NCBI GenBank assembly: GCA_964035545.1
Contig: OZ037765.1
Span: forward strand, 11,046,698 to 11,110,697
Source: Bugula neritina
Taxonomy: Eukaryota; Animalia; Bryozoa
Length of the DNA stretch: 64,000 nucleotides
Direction of reading: 5' to 3'
This document shows positions 39,715 to 64,000 of this stretch, in pieces; positions within the stretch are counted from its first letter, which is position 1, and each line of letters starts with the position of its first letter. The notes beneath the pieces are model-generated. The model saw nothing but the letters and a program-made list of their open reading frames with translations. It had not been told where the DNA came from and searched no databases. A program made the translations under genes and the position numbers.

Positions 39715-41890
39715 CTAGCCTACTATATACTTGAGTAAAAATCTTAACTCTTTGTATTTCTTTATTTTCATCTCTTTTGCAATGCTTTTACCATAAAGAA
39801 GCCAGTTATTATATATACATACTTGGTTAGCTATATTTAGTTGGTACTCTTTATACATATAGTTTAGCGCTGTATCAGCAGTAGCATTGTGTAACCCATC
39901 TGACATCTGCAACAACCTGTTGGAAAACCAAATCTCCTCTCTCTCATAACACCTGTGTAATCACATCATGCTTTAAATTATTTGCTTTTTCTTGAGTCTT
40001 GTTAATAAACCGTGCATTAAGTTGGTTGCCCACCTTCACTAATCCGCATGGTCTTGGTAGTGGAGTTATCAAGAAATGCTATAAAGTATGAACTATTTCT
40101 TTGGAAATGTTTAGCAACAAAGAGACTTTGCCACCATTAGCCAGCCCAAGAAATGCTAGTCAAATTTTCTTATTGTCATAAAGCCCATTAGTTTAAAGAA
40201 GCAAACTTTAACATTATTTGGCCACTCTGGTAGTTACTATAATAATTTTCTACTGCTATACAAAACATTTTTAGAACTTAAAATGTAATAGGGTTTAATT
40301 ACAGTGAAGTGTAATATGGTTTAGAAGAGTACAGACCTGATGAGAAAGTAATCCTGAAGAGAGATTTACTACTGATTCTTCTGGTAGCTTTTCTTATGTC
40401 TCAGTTTAAATTCTTCAATAGTTTTCATTGAAACAAGAGTTGCTTTGTTAAGAAAAAGCAGGTCTTTAATTAACCAACTAGTTTTTATAATGTGAACAGA
40501 ATGAATGGGATGATAAAGCTATATATAAAAAATATCACTTGAGCTTTGTAAGCCAATTGTTTTGGTATGTTGTTAAACTAACATTATGTATTAGTTTCTC
40601 ACGAATCTAAAAATATAAATAATATCTGTATATCTCATCTCGTTTTGTTTGTCAGATCAGAAGCTAAGTTTTGTATATATCAAAGATTTCTTTGTTTAGA
40701 ACTAAATGCTGATTTTCATTATTAAATATGGATATATACCATGCTAAAAAGTAATAATTAATAACTCAAAGAGGTTTTTTCATTTCTGTGAGCCTATGTC
40801 TTCTAAGAATACTCAATCTGATTACATGCATTTTGTCCATACTCAATAATGTTACCATTAACATTCAATTAATCAGTCTGAATTTTAGTGTTACATTGCT
40901 AGCTATAATATACATATGTCATTATAGTGTTGAGCATTGAACTATATAAGGAAGCTGGAGTTCATTGGTGTTGAGGCACATATTATATCTATTTTCTTGT
41001 ATAACATATAAAAATGCAAATATTTATCTAAATTAATTTACATTATTACCATGTTATTTTACAGATGCTGTATTTTTAGTGTGTTGCTATTGAGTTGCGT
41101 GCTCGTTACTGAAGACACTATCAATAATTTATTACGTCAACAACAATCGCAGTGTTTTTTTTCACTTATATCTGGGAAAACCTCATCATGCAATCAATGC
41201 TGCTATATCAACTATTTAAGAAATATATCAGAACATTAATTCGATTAGTATGTTAGTTCTTATAATAGCTTATTTCAATAAAATGTTTTGTGCTATACAT
41301 GTGGGACAACAGGAAATAAACAACACTCTACCCAAAGGCTGAGGCAACTCTGAATACATATTTAAGTTACTACTAGCTGTAGTTCTTATCTCTGTGACAC
41401 ATATATATATTGTGTGGCAATAAAAATGCATATATACATATATACATATATACATATGTCTAGTTACAGTAATAACCGAATGCTATAGATTAAAGTAAAC
41501 ATCTGGTGTTCAGTATTGCGAATACTGACCACTTTTTGCTGTAAATCAAAGTTTAGCAACTTTTAGCCATTTTCTATTCAATATAGCTTTGAAGCAAGAT
41601 AATTTGTTCTGTTTATAGGACATAGCTTTAGTGTCACTGTCACTACTATTCCTAATTTTTCTTCTGATGCTACGAAGTAGTACATTGTATAATGAAGATT
41701 TGAAAGTTGCTTTCTTATTACTAGTTGGGGAGACAATTTCGTCATCACCATCCACTTCAATATCTTCCAATGTTATCCAATGATTTATCACTTTCTCAAA
41801 CACACATACTCCTTTTTGTAACCCATCTCTACCAATAGCACTTTTCACTCCTTTAATAAAGATTTTCATCTCTATAACTTCATCTGGATT
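39715..41890 (-). pseudogene. Decayed intron-containing gene with a P-loop NTPase/GTPase-like remnant
   Basis: Protein-like minus-strand segments interrupted by stops and frameshifts, some bounded by AG/GT: NPDEVIEMKIFIKG...KWLKVAKL*, LHDEVFPDISEKNTAIVVDVINY**, KI*LAFLGLANGGKVSLLLNI (40115-40159) and DGLHNATADTALNYMYKEYQLNIANQV. Confidence 0.35.
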
Positions 41891-42595
41891 TCTAAAAACA
41901 AGTTATGTAGATTTTCACATTGGCTTGTATGCACATAACAAAATTTAACTTTGCATGCAATGAAGAATTCATGTTTGCAATCCACATTAACTGCATCACA
42001 AATATCTTATGTAAGCCAAGTTATCCCATAATCACTAATAGAGGTCAATTAAATGTCCAATATTAGCATACTTTTGAATTATGTTTTTTATTGCGTGTTT
42101 TCTACTGTGATGTGCAGTGCATTACCTCGTCTTGTCTTGAATAGCATTATGTAATTTGTAAAGCATTTGAAAAGCTTTAAAAGCAAATCAAGTAAATTAA
42201 AGTTTCAGCCTTTGATGAAATTCTACATACTTTATCTTCTGTAACTATTATGAGCGACTTAATCTTATATATAATAAAATAACCATATAGATGACAATAT
42301 ATTACTATTACTATTAGTAAGTTATGCCTTTCCTACTTGAAAATCAAAAAGAAATTGCACAAATAAACTTACTCAGTAAGAGTGTAGGTTGGAGCGACAT
42401 TCACACCTTTAGTCAGAGATGTATTTATCATGCAGAGAATGAATATTTTCTAGAATGATCAAAGGGTAAGAATAATCAGAATAACCAACTGGCTTTAAGA
42501 AGAGACAGATACAGAGTGAAGTTTTAGTCATTTTGATTGTTGAACTAGTCGCAAGGCGCAACGTTATATTATTCAAATTTTTTATTGTTGACATC

Positions 42596-42925
<330 letters not shown>

Positions 42926-42948
42926 AGGTGTGGGCCATGGTACTCTGT

Positions 42949-42996
42949 TCTGTGTTGATGAGGGGACAAACCCCCGAAACAGCTGCTGTCCACAGA
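42949..42996 (+). ncRNA. Minimal type I hammerhead ribozyme motif (C3U core variant)
   Basis: Stem I TCTGTG/CACAGA; core TTGATGA; stem II GGGG-ACAAAC-CCCC; GAAA; stem III ACAG-CTG-CTGT; GTC cleavage triplet ending at 42990. Confidence 0.8.
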
Positions 42997-43001
42997 TTGA
43001 G

Positions 43002-43048
<47 letters not shown>

Positions 43049-43057
<9 letters not shown>

Positions 43058-43233
43058 GTATACGAGAAACATTGTTTTTTATTACTTTATTAGGTAAAGT
43101 AATTACACTGATATTTCGGGTACCACTGTACCCATCTACTCTGAAGATGGGTACAGTGGTACCCGAAATATCAGTGTAATTACTTTACCTAATAAAGTAA
43201 TAAATAACAATGTTTCTCGTATACCTATTTATA
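43049..43233. mobile_element. Palindrome with 89-bp arms; probable inverted pseudo-LTR remnant of a Penelope-like element
   Basis: Arms 43049-43137 and 43145-43233 with one mismatch and a 7-nt spacer ACTCTGA; contains a hammerhead core followed by AATAAA; embedded in (TA)n. Confidence 0.7.
43137..43176 (+). ncRNA. Minimal type I hammerhead ribozyme motif
   Basis: Stem I TACT/AGTG; core CTGAAGA plus one extra T; stem II GGGTAC-AGTG-GTACCC; GAAA; vestigial palindromic stem III ATAT; cleavage predicted after C43172. Confidence 0.75.
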
Positions 43234-43250
43234 ATCAAATTGCTAGCTCG

Positions 43251-43309
<59 letters not shown>

Positions 43310-44305
43310 GCATATATTATGTATATATATGCATATATGTATATAATATATACATATCATACACTATATTATGTATATGTCAATATCAGTACTTGCTATA
43401 AAATGATTAATATAACAGTGACAATATTTAATTATTTATTTTCCCAAAGAACTTTTACTATATTATTTTATTGTAACTATTTTATATATTGTAATATTAA
43501 GAACATTCTAATAACATTTTTAGATTGTTTTCAACTTTTGTCATTTCACTTTTTGTTTAGTTGTCAACTATGTGCAGATATTATTTAATAACTTAATTTT
43601 ATATTATTGTGACAATTCAACTTAAAAAAGGCGCTATTAATATGGTACTATGGTGAGCATACTGTGCCAAAAGTATATATTATAATACTAGGCCTAGCGA
43701 TGTTAGAAGTTATGCAACTGCAGACATTGGTCAATTCCTTATGCATGCCAACGTATTGTAGGCCAACACACTTTTCAGAGCCCATACTGTTAGTATCACA
43801 TTAGCAATGCTTTATATTGTAGCCAAAACATTTCCATAACACACGATATAGAAACTGGCTTTGCTTACTATTAGCTTAGCAACATCATAATAAACTAACA
43901 CAATCCTAACCTGGGTACCTTTACTTCACATCATAGCCTTGCTGTAATCCGTTTACTTTATTAATCAATGATTGTACAGGTTAATAAAACTAGGACAATG
44001 ATTGTACAATGCTGCTATTATAGTTTGCTAGGTTGACTATGTTAGTTTTATAAATGAGTTATATACTTCACTATTATAACTCACATGGTAAAAACCTGCT
44101 TGTCTTTGTGCAAACATTGATATTTGGCAGCTTAGTCAAACAATAATATGTAGAACACCTTAACAGCATAAACTAAGTGTCAAGCAAGCAAACACTGTCT
44201 ACTCCCCGCTCCGCTAAGGTGTGTGTAGGCTATTACACAAACACCAGGAGCAAAGAAACCTTGGTAATATCTTTAGTTCCAGCCAAGTGTAGTTGAAGGA
44301 ATAAC

Positions 44306-58801
<14,496 letters not shown>

Positions 58802-59296
58802 TGCACTCTTCGCTTTTACAGAGTTCATTGTGACTATGTTTGTGTGATATATACATTTATTTTTATTATGGTTGCCGAAAGTATTCAACAAACCTCAATT
58901 TTATACACCTACTGTTTATTTTGCTAATCTGTCCAATATTTTTTTCTAATTTATAATATTTTCGTATTTTGCACTCTGCAAATAAATCTGATGGCATTGC
59001 TTATTTTGCAAGACACATTTTTAATTTTTAAAACCTGTCCCTTTTTCTAAAAAAATAATTTTTTAAAGTTATCTGTAAACTTAGCTGTGGCATGAAAGAT
59101 TTTATGTTAAATAAAAAAATGAAAAATTACAGCTATTGAAAAACTGTAGTCAGCTTGTTAATTACTTTGCGTGTTCTGTATATCATATTTAATTTGCAAA
59201 TCTTTTGATGAGGAGTTAGTGAAAGACAATTCTAAGTATCGCATTGATATCAATGTAATTGACAACATTATTTTATTTATTGGTGTTATATATATA

Positions 59297-59305
59297 CACA
59301 CACAC

Positions 59306-59351
<46 letters not shown>

Positions 59352-59433
59352 GCACACACGCACACACGCACACACGCACACACGCACACACACACGCACG
59401 CACGCACACGCACACACACACATACACACACAT
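59297..59433. repeat. Mixed (CA)n/(CACG)n microsatellite
   Basis: Directly visible. Confidence 0.95.
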
Positions 59434-60439
59434 ATATATACTATTTCATACTATTGCATACTATTGCATCTTAGCACTTACTATTTCATTTGAAAGAAGC
59501 TAGAGAGCCCAATGCAGAATCATAATATTATATTAACACATTCCTTCACTTGGAAGTTTCGTCCGCTGTGAACTAGAACAGTAAGTAACAGTAATATTTT
59601 AAGAGTGACTTTTGCCATTGATGAGGCAAGCATTTCAAGCTAAATATTTTCTCTATATACATAATTTCATTAAGAGCACTAAATAGGCATCGTTACATCA
59701 CGGCAAGTTTTCACATGATGGTATGTCATATGTTTATGCACTAAAGTATATAACATTTTCAAACAATTCATGGTTTCTAACTAGTTATCCTTGCAGTTAT
59801 TAGCAATGAACTAAAACATAATAACATGTAAAAAGCGGAAGGGAAGCTATATGGTAATGTTATATGGTTATGCAGTTATGTGTTGGTAAATGTAATAATA
59901 TACGTTATACACAGAGTTTGCTCATAGTTTACCAGAACTTACAAAAACCTGTTTTAGGTGTGCCTATACCACAATTAGGAATTTTCTTGCTTGTATTGAT
60001 CACTATCATTTTTCTTTTATTGAGTAGTTTGTGATTTATGCATCATGTTGCTTTTAAAAATACTGTTTGTAAAAAAAATCTGACTTGATATATTTTTATT
60101 TTTTCTTTCCTAAATTGCAACAAACTAACAATCAATTTTGTGGTGCAATAAACAAGCATACTCTTTAAACTTTAAAGTAATGGTAAATGGCAAAGATGAA
60201 AACTTAGAGAATGAAATAGTATATGGCATAAAAGTTAGAAAGGACAGTTTTCGAATCATAGAAATAACAAAAAAGTTAGGAGTAATCTTCTCTTATTGTT
60301 ATGCTGTAGAGTGTCGTTGGTTATAGGAGCAGATGTTTGTGTGAATAATACAACAATTCTTCATAATTTTAGTGCGTGCATCTAGTTATTGATCCCTGCG
60401 TATTACCCAGTCATGCTTCCCATGCATGCTGTGCGCGAT

Positions 60440-60545
60440 ATCGGCTGATTTAAGACGAGCCAATCAGTGGTCAAAGTTCGCTATATAGCGCTCACCAGTT
60501 TTTCCTCAACTTCTTCATCAACCACATCGGCCCATGTGGTGAAAT
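60440..60545 (+). promoter_or_regulatory. Putative MSMO1 promoter: SRE-like site, CCAAT box and TATA-like element
   Basis: ATCGGCTGAT at 60440-49, AGCCAATCAG at 60458-67, TATATAG at 60482-88, and further SRE-like words at 60517-60542; CpG-rich island; candidate first donor AAT|GTAAGT at 60753. Confidence 0.55.
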
Positions 60546-60819
60546 CGCGGCTATCCCCCCCTAAAATATAGCAAAGCTTTCCTCGTTGACCTTCTACAAT
60601 GACACTGTAGTTGCACACTTTTTCATTTTTTGTGCAGTTCTATTCAAGCAGACGATTGACAGTCATACAAACTTTGATGCGTACTACCAAAACCGGAGAT
60701 ATAGATCCCCATTTCATTATTTCTTGCATCTATAAATCAAGTTATATGCCAATGTAAGTATTACTAATAACTATATTTTTAGAATATCAACCCAATATTT
60801 CAGTTACGTCTCATTCTCA

Positions 60820-61640
60820 GTTTAAGTTTGAGTTACTCATACTCATACTGATACTGATACTGGTTAGTCACTACTCAGACTACTCACTACTGAGAGTGAG
60901 TTACTGTTAGTGTTGGGTGCAGTAAAACTAAAACCAAATGTGATAGAGATTTTGAAGAGAATTATTATTATTGTTAATTTAATAATAATTATTATATAAT
61001 CATAACTATTTTTTCAAATGTAATAATATTGTTATTCTAATTTTTATTATTATTATATAACATTCACAGTAACACTATGACTATCAGTATCACTATCAGT
61101 ATAGCATATAAATATTACTATTACTATTACTATTAGTATTACTATTGGCATTGCCTATTTATTACTATTACTATTAGTATTAGTTATAGTAATACTTATA
61201 CTAACACTTGGTCTAATACTAAGTGAGTAAGTCTAATAGTAATACTAATAGTAGTACTAGTAATAATACTGAATCTGGATCAACATCAGTATGATTATTG
61301 CTATAAATTATAATTGAGCCTGATAATGATAGTAACCATACTCATACTCATAGTCATAGTGATGCTCACAGTTATAATAAAAGTAAATAACTGAGAGTTA
61401 GTATGTTAGTATGATTATTGATACTATGGTTACAAGCATAGCATTAGCTAAGTGTCAATTTGAAATTAACTGTCAACATCACTATAAATATGAGTATCGC
61501 TGTAAGTGTAATACTAACTCAAAGGTAGGTGTAAGCATATGGTAATCATCATCATACTGATGTCATTATAGTGATGCTAAAAATTGAAGTTTTAACTGCG
61601 TATTACTATTGACTAGTATCAAGTACTACCTACCATTAAT
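60820..61640. repeat. TAC/TAG/AGT-rich low-complexity domain in the putative first intron of MSMO1
   Basis: Same word composition as 37830-38600 (tactatt, agtaatact, tagtatt). Confidence 0.75.
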
Positions 61641-62534
61641 TGTGTTTAATTTAATTGTTGTAACATCCATTTGAGTTTGTAGGAAAATTTAGATTTCCAG
61701 CAGCTGCAGAAGCAGCTTGAGCTTGCGGGCTGAGGCCAAGTCTTTTTTCTCAAAAGCTGTACTTCAGGTTTTTTTCTGATTTATAATCTGTTGCTCTTTC
61801 TGTAGAATATTAATATGTGCTCTTTTAAACAGTGGATTTATCATTATGAATAGTCAGTAAAAAGACCAAAAATTTTCGGTGAAAAATGTGTCAGCTGACA
61901 TAACTTGTTTTAAATAGACCAATAATGATTGACACTGCAGCTATTGTCCTTATTCTCAATCTCTATAGTCTTGAAATGTGTTGACCACTAATACTGTTTG
62001 TGCTTCCCATCCATGGTTTTCACATCTCCAGACACAGCAAGGCCAATATAACACACATTAATCAAAATCTCAATCTTACCAGCAAGTGTGGAAGTTTGTG
62101 TTGGTATGTTGTTAGGCATGTAAACAATGAAGACCTAACATGCCATAAATGTAATCTGATGATATTTGTAATAGATTTTTTCTTGTGTAAATAAGGTAAT
62201 ATATTGAGGTAAATATGTATATTCTAACGCTGAATTATACAACTTACCAAAAGATACACAATTAATTTTTTGTTTTAGTCTCCCAACTGTCTCAGCTTCT
62301 GATTTCTCCAATTTTTTGTTGAAAACCCATTTGCTCTACTTGTCTTATATATTTTGTTCATAATTGTACAATTTCAAATTACTTCATTTTTTTCTGCATA
62401 TATTTAGAAATTTTTTCCGTATGGCAAAAATATTACCTCAACTGAACTTACTAAATATTACATCATTTCTTTTTAGATTATCAGTTGACTAGAAGATTTT
62501 GGTAATTGGCTTCAGTCTGAATATTGTAAGCACC

Positions 62535-63810
62535 ATGAATACCACAAGTAACACAGCAGAAGCAATAGCTGAAACACTCTACAAACTAACTGAGTTGGTA
62601 CCTCAGAATCCACTAACCAGTCACTTGGAAAACTATTGGCAGTTGATGACTGACAACTACACTAAGTTTCAAATCACAACCTGGGGCTCCCTAATAGCTC
62701 ACGAGGTGAAAAATATTTATTAAATACATAAATATAGTACAAATTTCTTTAAAATGATAAGCGATTTACAACTTGGTAAATATCCTGGATTTTAGAGAAT
62801 ATCTTTGAATGCTGCTGTAGCTATTGTTTTGCCATGCAGTAAAAGTTAATTTATGATTGCTTTAATATCAAATAACATTCTAGCTAAACTTTTGAATTTT
62901 TTGGACAGGCAAAAGCAAATAAATTTAATAAAAAAACAAATTGTTCCGAAGCTACAAAATGTATAAGAGAAATTCTTCTGTTTTAGATTGCATACTTTGG
63001 TATTTGCCTCCCCGCCTTTCTTTTCCAGTTTATTCCCTGCCTTCAGAGATTTAAGATCCAACAGGTTAGTCTGAATTTGTATTTGAAGTGTATTACATTA
63101 CATAGATATCATACAGGTCAGAAATTTAATGTTAAGTTATCAGCAATCTGAATCTAATTGAAGGGAAATGTTGCATATCAGTCAGTATGTGTAAGTATAC
63201 CCAACTTCCATTTTTGTTTATTGAAGTCAGATCACCAAGCATGGCAATGTTATTTTACTTATTGCTATAAAGAATTAATTGATATTTGCGTACTAAAACA
63301 CAATTCCAAAAATTATACATGATTACATTGTCTTTTACATCTGCATAACATGAGCATTTGGTGAATTTAAACAGTGTTTGTAAAAACTATATTATTATAG
63401 TGCAATTTACAACTTAATGGCATATTGTGTTTGAATTATATAAGCAGAAATATTTGAGTAGTGTAGCCTTTACTGATCGATATTACATAAATTTTTTAAG
63501 TTAATTTTCATTTATGGCCTGTAATATAATATGCTATCTTTTGCAGGATAAAAAGGAGACCGCTGCCTTACAATGGCAGTGCTTCAAACTAATTTTGTTC
63601 AACCATTTTTTCATCCAGGTGAGCATTGTTTCAATAATTTATAATGTTGAGATGCTTAACTTCTATTATCATAATTTAATGTTATCTGTTGATCTGCAAT
63701 AATGAATGTTAATGACTTCATGTTGAATTTCAGTCTCCTCTAATATTTGGAACTTATGCATTCACTGAGATGTTTTCTATACCTCATGATTGGCAATCAT
63801 TTCCCGCATG
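62535..63810 (+). CDS. MSMO1: Methylsterol monooxygenase 1 (sterol C4-methyl oxidase), N-terminal four coding exons; continues beyond the window
   Basis: Exons 62535-62705, 62987-63064, 63547-63618 and 63734-63810 give MNTTS...PQNPL...[100 protein letters not shown], collinear with the MSMO1/SC4MOL N-terminus (NYTKFQIATWGSLIVHE, LPGFLFQFIP, KYKIQKDKPET, LLFNHFCIQ). Confidence 0.93.
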
Positions 63811-64000
63811 GTAAGTTAAATAAATGGCGAGTTTAGTTTTCTATGAAGTAAATTTTTTATGAAATTCCTTTCTGTACAGCTTACACCTTTCTTTCCTCAA
63901 TGTTTGACCTAATTTCTCCGCAGCAAGCAATAAAAACAGCCTGCAATCTTCTTTTTTTTTCAAAACACAGCTGCACCTAAAGTTGTATATTCTGCACAAT

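Noticed and set aside
42535-42575. Third, degenerate hammerhead (ttgttga...gcaacgtta) at the left edge of the (TA)n tract
   Set aside because: Core mismatched at several positions and no convincing stems.

Overview
AT-rich, intron-dense invertebrate animal genomic DNA (lineage not determinable; lophotrochozoan-like by impression only). It holds three spliced genes: TRRAP/Tra1 on the minus strand (ATG 36927, many tens of exons, 3' end runs off the left edge), a TMC7-like transmembrane channel gene on the plus strand (44306-58801, about 20 exons), and the 5' part of a methylsterol monooxygenase (MSMO1-like, from 62535, runs off the right edge). The most unusual region lies between TRRAP and TMC. 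There, a (TA)n tract at 42.6-43.3 kb carries two different minimal type I hammerhead ribozyme motifs, one inside an 89-bp-arm near-perfect palindrome, which matches the Penelope-like retroelement / retrozyme signature. Nearby are a decayed intron-containing gene with a P-loop-like remnant and a TATA+Inr promoter. TRRAP introns contain two tandem duplications of splice donors, a ~205-nt multi-stem element of unknown class, and two copies of one MITE family. Most ORF-track entries are exon fragments or microsatellite translations. Exon boundaries were read by eye and are approximate.
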